From sequence record MK310184: a DNA stretch of 64,000 nucleotides. One strand, 5' to 3'. This document shows, piece after piece, positions 1 through 9,683 of this stretch. The translations under genes and the position numbers were made by a program. Below the pieces are notes generated by a model. It saw only the letters and a program-made list of their open reading frames with translations. It made no database searches and had not been told where the DNA came from. The DNA is from Phage NC-G. Position 1 is the first letter of the stretch. Each line of letters begins with the position of its first letter.

Positions 1-815
1 ACAATATCCCGTTGAATACGGATTTGTTTGGAATTACCCAAGGAGATTTAACCCAAGGTGTTACGACATTAGTGACAGCGGGCACTCAGAAGTTGATTCG
101 TAAGTCTGGCATAAGTAAATATCTGATTGGAGCTATGTCATCCAGGGTTGTGCAGAGCTTACTAGGTGAGTTTGAAGTAGGTACATATCTTATGGATTTT
201 TTCAATATGGCTTATCCTACGGCAGGTCTTTTAGTCCATGCCGTTAAAATCCCGGATAATACATTGAATTATGAAATGGATTTGAACCACAACTCGCCTA
301 ATATCAAAATTACCGGAAGAGAATATTCTCCATTAGTATTAAGCTTCCGTATGGATTCTGAAGCCGCTAACTACCGTGCTTTTAATGATTGGGTCAATAG
401 TGTCCAAGACCCTATTACACAATTAAGAGCATTGCCTGAAGATGTTGAAGCTGACATCCAAGTCAACCTTCATTCTCGTAATGGATTGCCACATACGGTG
501 GTAATGCTTAATGGATGTGTTCCTGTTAGTGTTTCATCGCCGGAATTATCCTATGATGGTGATAACCAAATTGCTTCGTTTGATGTTACATTTGCTTATA
601 GAAGTGTGCAGACAGGTGCAGTTGGTAAACAAGCTGCTTATGAATGGCTGGAAGATAAAGTCCTTAAAGGCGTAGCAGGTATAAGTGAGAGTAACTCATT
701 AAGTGCTTCTGTAGCTAAATTAAGCCGACTTTCAGGAGCTTCTAGTGGATTGACTGGATTGGTTAATACATTTGGTGGGCGTGCTATTAATAATGGAATA
801 TCCAGGTTGTTATAA
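1..815 (+). CDS. 54: Baseplate tail-tube initiator (T4 gp54-like), 5' end outside window
   Basis: Frame is open to the window edge (track start at 12 is a TTG). Assigned by synteny: convergent with alt, as in T4. Sequence identity not independently recalled. Confidence 0.55.
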   Translation, partial: NIPLNTDLFGITQGDLTQGVTTLVTAGTQKLIRKSGISKYLIGAMSSRVVQSLLGEFEVGTYLMDFFNMAYPTAGLLVHAVKIPDNTLNYEMDLNHNSPNIKITGREYSPLVLSFRMDSEAANYRAFNDWVNSVQDPITQLRALPEDVEADIQVNLHSRNGLPHTVVMLNGCVPVSVSSPELSYDGDNQIASFDVTFAYRSVQTGAVGKQAAYEWLEDKVLKGVAGISESNSLSASVAKLSRLSGASSGLTGLVNTFGGRAINNGISRLL

Positions 816-822
816 CAAAAAA

Positions 823-842
823 AGGAGAGCTTACGCTCTCCT
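823..842. terminator. Bidirectional hairpin between convergent gene 54 and the alt-distal gene
   Basis: aggagagc-ttac-gctctcct stem-loop with an A-run upstream and T-run downstream. Confidence 0.6.
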
Positions 843-850
843 TTAGGGGT

Positions 851-1141
851 TTATTTACGGAACGAGATAAAACCTGCGGCGGTCATTAATGGCTGCTTTT
901 TAACAAAGACCGTGATAGAAATAGGAGCTTCAGATTCAAGCTGGCCGGTTACTACACCATTAAAGATATTTTCAGTTTGTTCGGGTTGTGAAAAATTTTC
1001 AACCGGGCGTAAGTCGAACTGTTTGTCTTCGCCGAAAACTCGACGTAATTCATTACCTACTGCACTGTCGAACTCTTCAGAAGCAGGGATAACGTTTTCA
1101 ACTACCAGCTCTTGACCATTAAAACGGAATGCAGATTTCAT
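851..1141 (-). CDS. Hypothetical protein (96 aa) downstream of alt
   Basis: ORF with GAGGAG Shine-Dalgarno and its own early promoter immediately upstream. Confidence 0.55.
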   Translation of the reverse strand: MKSAFRFNGQELVVENVIPASEEFDSAVGNELRRVFGEDKQFDLRPVENFSQPEQTENIFNGVVTGQLESEAPISITVFVKKQPLMTAAGFISFRK

Positions 1142-1169
1142 AATGTTCTCCTCATGTTTGTGTAAGGTA

Positions 1170-1199
1170 ATAGTACCACATCCTTGTGGCGTTGTAAAC
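1170..1199 (-). promoter_or_regulatory. Early sigma70-type promoter (GTTTAC -35, TACTAT -10)
   Basis: Minus strand reads GTTTAC, 18 nt, TACTAT; same motif family as about 15 other sites. Confidence 0.5.
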
Positions 1200-3322
1200 T
1201 ACATTTTGAATTTATTTGATAAAGAAGAGATGTCCAAAGATGCAGCAAGGATTTCCATAGCCTCATTACTTTCTGAAACAGATTCTGAAACTAGGAATTC
1301 TTTAAACCCATTCATCAATTTAACTTCACCGGTTTCCATCAGATGGTCGCCATCGTAAACGGATTCGCTGAGTTCTGAAGGAGATGTCACTGTAGCTTCC
1401 ATAAGGTATTTGTGAGATACTCTATCATTCATAGCAAAAGCCGCTACTTTATCAACCTTCAACAATAACCCGCGCGGAAGGATAATTTCCGCTTCTTCGG
1501 CATATTCTGTAAGGTCGCCAGGAGCGATAACTTTAACTGCTTCAGCACCTCGAATAACCATACCAATTTCAGCAATCCTGTCTGCAGGGCCTTCAGGTGC
1601 AATTGGATTACCAAACTCGTCTTCTTCCCATTCTACCTCTTCGTCATCGACTTCACCTACGTCAGATGAACTACCACTGGCTAATTTAAACAACTCATCA
1701 GCGGAGGATAAAGAACCTTCATCACCAACAAAAACTGCTTGGTTGTCGAGGGCCATATAATTTTTACCAAATTCGCCAAAGATATTAGGCTTTAATGAAG
1801 CGGACACAAAGTTCTTAAAGTAAAATGTTTTGTTATCAATATTATGGCGCAGAATTTTGTATGGTAAATCCTGACCACGATACAAAATAGTACCCTTAGG
1901 AAGTTTAATACCCTTGGTAAATGCTGAGTCTAAATCCTTAATCAATTTAATAGCTGTTGTATTGTTTTCGGATTCAGGTTTACCTAAAAGGAATAAGTTC
2001 ATAGGAGCATATTCAGCCGCACAATATTCAATAATGGCATTACTTTCGTCTTTGGTCAAGCCCTTAGGTTTAATGAGCTCGCCTGAATAAGCATATGCAT
2101 CGCTAATAGAATCGTTAATCAGTTTATAAACGGCTTCCATAGCGAAAGCAATTCGGGATGCTTTCTCTGAAGGAGACCCCTGAAAACGGGCACTCAGGTT
2201 ATTAACAATTCTCTTAATAATATCCAGACTATTGGTAGTATTGATTTGAGAAAGGCCACTTAAAAGTCTATCGACTTCCGTATTAAAAAATGCCATATTA
2301 TTAGAGTAAATTTCAAACCCTTGTTTATCTCTATTAGCATAATTTAGTTTAAATTTACTATCAGTCATTAAAGCGTGCGTGAGAGCAATGGTGTATCTAA
2401 AGTTGGCAAGGTCCTCACTCTTAGATTTAAACTGAGAGGCCTGACGCATTTTAGTAATAGCACCTTTTTTAAAGTTCTGACTAATCTGCTCAATACCTTC
2501 GTTCTCAGGGCCTTCGGCCGAGTGAACAGGGACAGAAGCTTCAAACTCGTTATAAACCTGCAATTCTTTAGGTGATAAAGTTTCAGGTTCGGCAGTAGAA
2601 TACTGTGCTGCTGCAGCCATACGACGGGAAATCTTAGTACGAGAAATAACAGCCTTATCGGTACGTTTCTCTTCAACCTGTGCAATAGATGCCGCTACGG
2701 CTTCTACTTTACTTACGGCCTGGCCGGTTTTCTTAGAAACATAAACTTCACCGACTTTAGACTCAACCTTGGTATAAAGGTCTGCATCAATTTCAGGCAT
2801 ACCCTTGATATCTTCGATATTAGAACCACGACGTACTAAAAGGACGTAGGTATGTTTACCACTAAACTGGAACATATCATCGACAACTTTAAACTTACCA
2901 CCGGTACGTGCCATCGCCAAACGAGCTAATACACGCTGAACAGTAGGGCCCTTACCTTTCATTTTCTTGGTAGGGAAACGGAACAAAACCGCATCCATTT
3001 TAAGTTTGTTTACTTGTTCGTATACAGTATCGAAAATAGTATTCAGTGTACCAAGTGGGTCAGAACCAAGCCCGCCTTTGAGTTCGGCTGGAGCACCCTT
3101 GCTAGACAAACTCATTAAAATAACATGAACGTATTTGTCGCCAGGCTTAACCATTTTAATAGCGTCTCCTTGAGACGCATAAGATACCATACGAGCAACC
3201 AGGTTATCATTACCTGGCGCTTGGATAGAGAAAATCTGTGGGATACCTGAGCCTGGCTTAAGATTTGTTACTGGATAGTTTTTAGCTGAATCACTATCAA
3301 AAACTTCGTTTAAATTTTCCAT
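1199..3322 (-). CDS. alt: Alt-like ADP-ribosyltransferase, paralog 1 (707 aa)
   Basis: N-terminus MENLNEVF...LVARMVSYASQGDAIK matches the T4 Alt start; C-terminal half has YRG, FVSAS and EAEIILPRG (R-S-E arrangement). Confidence 0.85.
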   Translation of the reverse strand: MENLNEVFDSDSAKNYPVTNLKPGSGIPQIFSIQAPGNDNLVARMVSYASQGDAIKMVKPGDKYVHVILMSLSSKGAPAELKGGLGSDPLGTLNTIFDTVYEQVNKLKMDAVLFRFPTKKMKGKGPTVQRVLARLAMARTGGKFKVVDDMFQFSGKHTYVLLVRRGSNIEDIKGMPEIDADLYTKVESKVGEVYVSKKTGQAVSKVEAVAASIAQVEEKRTDKAVISRTKISRRMAAAAQYSTAEPETLSPKELQVYNEFEASVPVHSAEGPENEGIEQISQNFKKGAITKMRQASQFKSKSEDLANFRYTIALTHALMTDSKFKLNYANRDKQGFEIYSNNMAFFNTEVDRLLSGLSQINTTNSLDIIKRIVNNLSARFQGSPSEKASRIAFAMEAVYKLINDSISDAYAYSGELIKPKGLTKDESNAIIEYCAAEYAPMNLFLLGKPESENNTTAIKLIKDLDSAFTKGIKLPKGTILYRGQDLPYKILRHNIDNKTFYFKNFVSASLKPNIFGEFGKNYMALDNQAVFVGDEGSLSSADELFKLASGSSSDVGEVDDEEVEWEEDEFGNPIAPEGPADRIAEIGMVIRGAEAVKVIAPGDLTEYAEEAEIILPRGLLLKVDKVAAFAMNDRVSHKYLMEATVTSPSELSESVYDGDHLMETGEVKLMNGFKEFLVSESVSESNEAMEILAASLDISSLSNKFKM

Positions 3323-3325
3323 TAT

Positions 3326-5410
3326 TTACCCTTGGATGAATTTTTCTGGGATGTCATAGAGGTCTATGCATGAAGCCAAAAGAGGCAGTACGTCAAACCG
3401 TGTAGATTTAACAAATGAATCAAAAGATACAGGGCTTTCGGAAGTATCGAAGTCATCTTGGTATACAACCAATTCACCAGTTTCCATTAGTACGTCGCCA
3501 TCATACACTACAGATTCTTGAAGCTCATCTGTCGTCATAACTTCGGCTTGAACGAGTTTTGTATTATTAGATGTTGTTCCGTCATTATTAGAGGCGTCAG
3601 TTATTTTATTAACTTTGACCATCAATCCGCGTGGTAGAATAACTTCAGCTTCGGTTGCTATTCCGAGACTTCCTGGATATACAACATTAACTTTATGGGC
3701 TCCATCAATTGCCCATCCTATTTGAACTTTAACGTAATCAGGGTTTTCTTTATACGCTCTTATTTCATTAGGATTAATGGTTATTCCTTCTTCATTTTTA
3801 TCGACTGTCAATTCATTGCGAACTTCCGGTTCTAAAAGACCTACACCCGCGTGTGTAACACCAAAACGTCCAAAAATGATAGGAGTCAGTGAAGTAGATA
3901 CAAAATTTCTGAAATAGAACACTTTATTTTTAACTAGCGCTTCGTATATAGGAGCAGTCATACTTTGAGCACGATAAACTGTAATGCCTTCTGGTATACG
4001 GTCACCATTTTCAAAAGCGGAATCAAGATTATTAACAGCAGATTCAATAGACCTTTCACTCATCACATCATAGTTCTGAGGATTGTAACGCCCTAAAAGA
4101 AGATTATTGATGTCGGTATATCCTGAGCCACAATATTCTCTAATGCCACGCTTTTGTGATGGGGTGTATTTAGAACCATCGCGAGCAATAGTAATATCGA
4201 CCATAATACCACCACCTACGCCAGCAAAACTATACACGCGTTTTTTAATGAACTTGGTCTTGGCTGCTTTCCACTTGGACTCGGTTAATTCATTCCAGAC
4301 GTCGTCAGGTTGACCTTTACGAGTTTTGTTATGTATAGCCAACCATTCACCTTTGTATTCTTCGAAAACCGTATTAATAACAGAGGCATATTTTTCTAGA
4401 GCTTTAACAGATGTCAAAGGTTCGTTTTTGATGGCTGTAAGAATTTTCTCTTTAATTTTCTCTTGAATTTCACCTATGCCGTGAAGTGGAAACATTTTAT
4501 ATTCGTAATGCAACTCTTCAGCAGTGCCTTCAGCTACTATATTAGCAACTTTATTTTTAGCCGCAGGAGAATTGTTATTGGTGACCATTTCCTGGGCCTC
4601 AGGGATTAACGGAGCTGTTGCAGGTTTATTAAAATCTGCTGCAGTAGCTTCATATTTCTTAAACAGTTCACTTTCATTACGATAAGATTCTAAAGATTGA
4701 CTGGCTGCAATAGCTCGACGAGAAATCTTAGTCTTGGTTACAACCATTTTATCAGTGCGACGTTCTTCGACTTTAGCAATACTGCCGGCAATAGCAGTTT
4801 CTTTAGTAACCTGCATGCCTTCTTTTTTAGAAATATAAACTTCGCCAACATCAGAATCTACCTTAGTATACAAATCAGCATTAATTCCTGGCATACCTTT
4901 GATATCTTCAATATCAGCTTGTTTACGAACTACTAGGATATAAGTATGTTTACCAGTAAATTGGTACATAGCCGGAACTACTTTGAAGCGGCCGCCTGTT
5001 TTTTGAGTTACCAAACGTTGGATGATTCTCTGGACGATAGGTCCTTGCCCTTTCATTTTCTTGGTTGGAAAACGGAACATGATAGCATCCATACGAAGCT
5101 TTTTAACTTGTTCGAATACTACGTCGAAAATGGTATTAATAGCATCAATAGGAGTAGGGCCTAAGCCGCCTTTAAGTTCGGCTGGAGAACCTTTAGCTGA
5201 AAGGCTCATAAGGATAACGTGGGCGTATTTATCACCTAATTTAACCTGTTTAATAGCATCGCCTTCAGAGGCATAAGATACCATACGAGCAACTAATTGG
5301 GATTCGGCGTCGCCAATCTTCCAAATCTGCGGTACTTTAAGTTTTGGGTTTAAGTTTACAGTAGGCAGGGTGCCTTCGGACTCAAACACCTCATTCAATT
5401 GTTCGGTCAT
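3326..5410 (-). CDS. alt: Alt-like ADP-ribosyltransferase, paralog 2 (694 aa)
   Basis: N-terminal half closely parallels paralog 1; C-terminal half divergent but keeps YRA, FVSTS and EAEVILPRG. Stop is 3 nt from the paralog 1 start. Confidence 0.85.
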   Translation of the reverse strand: MTEQLNEVFESEGTLPTVNLNPKLKVPQIWKIGDAESQLVARMVSYASEGDAIKQVKLGDKYAHVILMSLSAKGSPAELKGGLGPTPIDAINTIFDVVFEQVKKLRMDAIMFRFPTKKMKGQGPIVQRIIQRLVTQKTGGRFKVVPAMYQFTGKHTYILVVRKQADIEDIKGMPGINADLYTKVDSDVGEVYISKKEGMQVTKETAIAGSIAKVEERRTDKMVVTKTKISRRAIAASQSLESYRNESELFKKYEATAADFNKPATAPLIPEAQEMVTNNNSPAAKNKVANIVAEGTAEELHYEYKMFPLHGIGEIQEKIKEKILTAIKNEPLTSVKALEKYASVINTVFEEYKGEWLAIHNKTRKGQPDDVWNELTESKWKAAKTKFIKKRVYSFAGVGGGIMVDITIARDGSKYTPSQKRGIREYCGSGYTDINNLLLGRYNPQNYDVMSERSIESAVNNLDSAFENGDRIPEGITVYRAQSMTAPIYEALVKNKVFYFRNFVSTSLTPIIFGRFGVTHAGVGLLEPEVRNELTVDKNEEGITINPNEIRAYKENPDYVKVQIGWAIDGAHKVNVVYPGSLGIATEAEVILPRGLMVKVNKITDASNNDGTTSNNTKLVQAEVMTTDELQESVVYDGDVLMETGELVVYQDDFDTSESPVSFDSFVKSTRFDVLPLLASCIDLYDIPEKFIQG

Positions 5411-5448
5411 AATAATTCCTCTTTAATAACCGTATTTATGCCATAAAA

Positions 5449-5460
5449 GGCCCGAAGGCC
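5449..5460 (-). terminator. C(UUCG)G hairpin after the small ligase-distal ORF
   Basis: Minus strand ggcc-uucg-ggcc followed by TTTTAT. Confidence 0.45.
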
Positions 5461-5631
5461 TTAAAGTGGTAGCAACGTACGATATACTTCGAATGTCGGG
5501 CCTTTTTCATAGCCATCAAACATGTCTTTAAAATCGGCAAAAGCTATTTCATCCTCAAACTCTAGGATGATTTGAGAGGCCGCAGTGGTATTTGTGTTTG
5601 TTACAACAATTGTTTCTAAATAAGCTTTCAT
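5461..5631 (-). CDS. Small hypothetical protein (about 56 aa; the track ORF is longer)
   Basis: Internal Met start lies 1 nt after the ligase stop; the longer track ORF would overlap ligase by 41 nt. Confidence 0.4.
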   Translation of the reverse strand: MKAYLETIVVTNTNTTAASQIILEFEDEIAFADFKDMFDGYEKGPTFEVYRTLLPL

Positions 5632-5632
5632 A

Positions 5633-7156
5633 TTATAGTCCAGTTTGAGACCAATCACCAAATACATCTTCAAATGTATCAGCTTCAGTTTTATCGAAAC
5701 GCCAACCTTTAATAATTGGAAGGAAAATACCTACAGTATCAGTACGTCCTTTAGAATGAACCCAACCATTACATTCACAGTCAGCAATACGTCCAATCAA
5801 CTTACCTTCACGAGCTTGTTTCATAAGAAGTTCACGGTCTAAATCAGGGCGGTCTTCTAATGGAATCAATACCTTTTTACCTGATTTATCTTTCTTATGG
5901 GTAGTATCTTTAAAGCCTGAACCACAGTCGGATGTAATTCGACGACACCGCGATACTAGCTCGACACCACCAAGTTTGTTAGGGTCCTTAGAGTGTTCAT
6001 AGTAACCTACTACTTCTAAAGCGATATCGATTACTTCTTTGAACTTGATAAGATTCTTAGAACGGCGGTTTTCCCAGTAGGAGTCCATGTTCTTAAGGAT
6101 AATACCTTCCAGACCTTGGTCGACATATTTCTTATAAACGACTTTAGCTTCGTCAAGATTATTAACCCATTGGTTTTCGATAGCTTCAACACGCGTTGTA
6201 CCATGCAATACGACATTATGGGCAACCATAAGTTCTAAGGCTGCAAAGCGTACATCATACTTATCGCCTTTAATTTTACCTTCGGAATATACGACATCCA
6301 ATGGGACATAATCCCACGCCTGCAATACCATACCTGCTGCTTCGGTTGGAGTAATAGTTCCTTGAAGAGCCTTGTTAGCCAACCCGTTTGAAGTAGAACG
6401 ATCGGCTACGGTTTGGAATTCCTTGGCTTTACTTAATTCAGGAAGTTCCTCATCAAACATACTAAACAAATCATTAGACGCTTTAGGTTCTACTTTAGGA
6501 GTGTGGTAAACTAATTCACCATCAATCATAACACCATTAGGATGGCGCTGTCGGGCTTCTTCGGTCATGGCCATTAATTCAGCCGCCAAAAGAGTAAGCC
6601 CTTGATATTCATTACCACCACGAGTAAGGAATGTTACGCCATCGTTACGAACTTCAGCAAAACAACGAGCACCGTCAGCTTTTAATTGGGCGAACGCAGG
6701 CCATTTGATATTTTTCTTAATCAAATCTTCATCATAAGAACTAGCTAACATTTGAGGTTGTTCAGGGATTAAACCTTTCCAAACCTTGTTAGCAATAGAA
6801 ATCGATGCACCACATTCAAGGTCACGCATCATTACGCGACGTAATACCTCAGCGTCAGGACCCTTGGCATCAGCAATAATTTGGGCAAGCTCTTCAATAG
6901 CGGCATTACCCGTAATCTTACGGGTGGCTAATGTGAACTCAGCGAAATCAAGAAGGTCTTCAAGTGTAACCATACCAAAGGATTGAGACGTAAATCCAGG
7001 TTCTGGCCACTTTTTAATACCATAGTTCAAACGACGGGTATAAGCCATACGATATACACGTTTCAGAAGCTCGTTATCCTTTTCACGAGCAATAATAGCT
7101 TCTTTAGCTTTAGTAGAACCAATAGAAGCAATTTCGTTTAAAATATCTAAAATCAT
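5633..7156 (-). CDS. 30: ATP-dependent DNA ligase (T4 gp30-like)
   Basis: MILDILNEIASIGSTKAKEAI...KRVYR matches the T4 ligase N-terminus; 507 aa. Confidence 0.93.
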   Translation of the reverse strand: MILDILNEIASIGSTKAKEAIIAREKDNELLKRVYRMAYTRRLNYGIKKWPEPGFTSQSFGMVTLEDLLDFAEFTLATRKITGNAAIEELAQIIADAKGPDAEVLRRVMMRDLECGASISIANKVWKGLIPEQPQMLASSYDEDLIKKNIKWPAFAQLKADGARCFAEVRNDGVTFLTRGGNEYQGLTLLAAELMAMTEEARQRHPNGVMIDGELVYHTPKVEPKASNDLFSMFDEELPELSKAKEFQTVADRSTSNGLANKALQGTITPTEAAGMVLQAWDYVPLDVVYSEGKIKGDKYDVRFAALELMVAHNVVLHGTTRVEAIENQWVNNLDEAKVVYKKYVDQGLEGIILKNMDSYWENRRSKNLIKFKEVIDIALEVVGYYEHSKDPNKLGGVELVSRCRRITSDCGSGFKDTTHKKDKSGKKVLIPLEDRPDLDRELLMKQAREGKLIGRIADCECNGWVHSKGRTDTVGIFLPIIKGWRFDKTEADTFEDVFGDWSQTGL

Positions 7157-7449
7157 TTTACCGTCCTTACAGTTTGTGTACTTCTATTATAAGCTACTTC
7201 ATCTAAAAGCTCATTTAAAGTTTTGTGATACGATATAATACGCTTATCTTTAATATCATATTCAGTAACATACATAAATCCACGCCGAACACATTGGATA
7301 AAGATATCTTCATCTTTGGCTTGGAAATATACAGGATTCAATCGAAGGAATTGTCTAAAGTTTCCATAATCATGGGATTTAGGGATTCCATCAGTAATAG
7401 TATGAACAACAAACATATTAACCTCGTGCAATCCATTCAACGGCTGCAT
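7153..7449 (-). CDS. Hypothetical protein (30.1 position)
   Basis: ORF whose stop overlaps the ligase start; true start may be the internal Met (MFVVH). Confidence 0.5.
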   Translation of the reverse strand: MQPLNGLHEVNMFVVHTITDGIPKSHDYGNFRQFLRLNPVYFQAKDEDIFIQCVRRGFMYVTEYDIKDKRIISYHKTLNELLDEVAYNRSTQTVRTVK

Positions 7450-8056
7450 TATTACGAAGGGATTCGATTGCTGCGATATCGTCCCATGAATTAACCTTTA
7501 CGGCTAAATTAGGTTTAAAGTCGCGTTCACCACGGGCTAACCAATAAACTTGGATATCCATGAGAATATTAGATGCTGCATCACAGTGATGAGCCAAATC
7601 ATCAACATAAAACTTAATGCGTTTGCCGTATGTATTTTTAGCTCTTATGAACAGGTCTTCTTTTGATTCTGAATGACCACACATCAGAATCTCCTTGAAT
7701 GCGCCAGGGAACAAAGCATTCAAATTGAATTGTCTATTCAGCAGGGCATCAATTGAGTCGCCTAGCGCAGTCACGGCTACAAAATCGAAGTCTTTTTTGA
7801 GCTTGTTGATGTGTTTTAATGCGTCCATGTAAGGGGACAGATAACGAATAAAATCCGACTGATTATATTTCTCAATTAAACGTGCGCCTAATTCGTCGTC
7901 ACAATTAAACAGTTCACCTGGAGATAAGAAACGTTCGTCCTGAATCATATTCAAAATATGTTCTAAAGGCAAATTATATTTCTGTGCGAAATAAGGCAAG
8001 CCGGACTGCCAACTTAAACATACTCCATCGATATCTGTTAAGATAACTGGTTTCAT
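7418..8056 (-). CDS. HAD-superfamily hydrolase-like protein
   Basis: N-terminal ILTDIDGV (HAD motif I, DxDGx) and a later YVDD motif. Confidence 0.5.
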   Translation of the reverse strand: MKPVILTDIDGVCLSWQSGLPYFAQKYNLPLEHILNMIQDERFLSPGELFNCDDELGARLIEKYNQSDFIRYLSPYMDALKHINKLKKDFDFVAVTALGDSIDALLNRQFNLNALFPGAFKEILMCGHSESKEDLFIRAKNTYGKRIKFYVDDLAHHCDAASNILMDIQVYWLARGERDFKPNLAVKVNSWDDIAAIESLRNNAAVEWIARG

Positions 8057-8520
8057 AATAAATCTCTCAATTTGTTTAGGATGTCGATAAACTCTTTTTC
8101 AGTTAGTATTGTATCACATTCTTTGAGGTGGCTTGCCATTGAATGCTTTAAAACCTTACCTTTAGTGGCTTGTAAAGCTTCTCGGAATCCTTTGTTCTGG
8201 AGCGCTGCTTCAAAATACGCGCTTTCGTAAAGCTCTTTCCACGCTTCGGAATATCTTGAAAACGGGGTTCCAAGCCAGAACAACGTGCCACGGTCCTGAG
8301 CTCTAGCATAAGCTCGTCCAGCTTTTTGCGCGTCCAACCCAGACATCCTAAATATACGTCTTTGTTGTTCAACATTTTTCACCTTACATCCTTGGAGGAA
8401 TCCTTCGAGTCCACCAAATTGGATACCATCCATAACGAAAGGCCATTTAGCAAAGTTACTTAATGCACATGATGGCCACGGAAAGTTACTTCTAATTTCT
8501 AACTCAGACATCTTTGACAC
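8053..8520 (-). CDS. NADAR (YbiA/DUF1768)-like protein
   Basis: LSNFAKWPFVMDGIQF...EGFLQGCK resembles the conserved SNF...DG...E..FQ..K core of E. coli YbiA-type proteins, as I recall it. Confidence 0.5.
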   Translation of the reverse strand: MSKMSELEIRSNFPWPSCALSNFAKWPFVMDGIQFGGLEGFLQGCKVKNVEQQRRIFRMSGLDAQKAGRAYARAQDRGTLFWLGTPFSRYSEAWKELYESAYFEAALQNKGFREALQATKGKVLKHSMASHLKECDTILTEKEFIDILNKLRDLL

Positions 8521-8719
8521 TTATAATTTCAACATCAGCCCAATAACCATAACCCGGCAGTCGGTCTTCAATGGATAAACCACCGTCATGTTTAGGCATT
8601 TTAATTGTCATGATATAAGGTTCTAAATGGTCCGCCGTATGAGGAGAAACATCAGTCACACGATAAGTCACTTCAACCATTTCCGTACCTAACAATTTCT
8701 GAATCAGTTTCTTAACCAT
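8504..8719 (-). CDS. Hypothetical protein (71 aa)
   Basis: Compactly packed minus-strand ORF. Confidence 0.45.
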   Translation of the reverse strand: MVKKLIQKLLGTEMVEVTYRVTDVSPHTADHLEPYIMTIKMPKHDGGLSIEDRLPGYGYWADVEIISVKDV

Positions 8720-8720
8720 A

Positions 8721-8915
8721 TTATCCTCGCTTCAAACATTTGATTACAGACAATTCAGAACCCATGCGAACGTCTTCGGTGCCATCGACCCATAGGACCG
8801 TGTAGGCTTCTTTAATAGTAGCATTACCCAATTTAAAAGCAGGTAAAACCTTTGAAATCATACCAGGAATACCTACACCTTTTAACTGAACGGTTTGTGA
8901 TAAGAATAGTTGCAT
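8721..8915 (-). CDS. Hypothetical protein (64 aa)
   Basis: Compactly packed minus-strand ORF. Confidence 0.4.
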   Translation of the reverse strand: MQLFLSQTVQLKGVGIPGMISKVLPAFKLGNATIKEAYTVLWVDGTEDVRMGSELSVIKCLKRG

Positions 8916-9202
8916 TAGAACCTCATCTGGAATCCATGTGATTTAACATTACCGCCGTAGATGTCAGAAGTATTGACTTCGCGGGCGACACTTGGGTCGA
9001 TGTTAATATCGCGGTTGAGCTTAGTGATTGCTAGGGTGTCACGACCATTGACTGTACGGAATTCTACTGGACAAACCACATCAGCATAGGCCTTAATGGA
9101 TTCACGAGTAGGCTGTTTGTCAGCAGGAACATCTTTACCTGCCTTAGAGAAAACAACTTCACAGAAATTTTTACGAGTATCGAAATAAGTGGTCATAAAC
9201 AT
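8915..9202 (-). CDS. Hypothetical protein (about 95 aa; start at MFMTTYF)
   Basis: The track's N-terminal extension is the translation of an upstream hairpin; GAGGA Shine-Dalgarno precedes the internal ATG. Confidence 0.5.
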   Translation of the reverse strand: MFMTTYFDTRKNFCEVVFSKAGKDVPADKQPTRESIKAYADVVCPVEFRTVNGRDTLAITKLNRDINIDPSVAREVNTSDIYGGNVKSHGFQMRF

Positions 9203-9218
9203 AATATTTTCCTCAAAG

Positions 9219-9234
9219 GAGGCCGAAGCCTCCA
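9219..9234 (-). terminator. C(UUCG)G hairpin
   Basis: Minus strand ggaggc-uucg-gcctcc between two early genes. Confidence 0.45.
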
Positions 9235-9244
9235 TTTTTTAAGA

Positions 9245-9610
9245 TTAGATATCAAATTCATTCAGAACTACATCAAAGATTGCTTCCAGGTGTTCAGGTT
9301 TAGCACGGTTGCTCAGGATATGACGAATCCAGGTTTTAACCAGAAGCTTACGATTATCACCGTTCCAGCAAGGATGGGTACCTAAATCACGTTGACGGAA
9401 ATCATCGTCTAAAGCGATTTTAAAAGTAGAACCTTCCATAGTGATTGAAACCGTGATACCATTTTCAAAGCGCATATAAACGTAGTTAGGAGTCATGCAC
9501 TGTTCGATTTCGCACACTGTGCCGTTGTTGTGTTTCCACAGGCAAATAACTTCAGAAGAACCAGCGATACCGTTAGAAACATATTTACGTTCGAAGTTGA
9601 TGTAGTTCAT
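9245..9610 (-). CDS. Hypothetical protein (121 aa)
   Basis: ORF with a conserved 5' leader and promoter cassette upstream. Confidence 0.55.
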   Translation of the reverse strand: MNYINFERKYVSNGIAGSSEVICLWKHNNGTVCEIEQCMTPNYVYMRFENGITVSITMEGSTFKIALDDDFRQRDLGTHPCWNGDNRKLLVKTWIRHILSNRAKPEHLEAIFDVVLNEFDI

Positions 9611-9681
9611 TTTATTCTCCAGTTTGTTTTCGTATTATTTGGTACAGGTCTATAATAACACAACCTGTACCAAAGTAAAAC
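9608..9681 (-). promoter_or_regulatory. Early promoter and leader cassette (PeSL-like), copy 1
   Basis: About 40 bp near-identical to 10014-10052, covering start codon, Shine-Dalgarno and leader; inverted repeat ggtacagg...cctgtacc flanks the -10. Confidence 0.5.
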
Positions 9682-9683
9682 AT

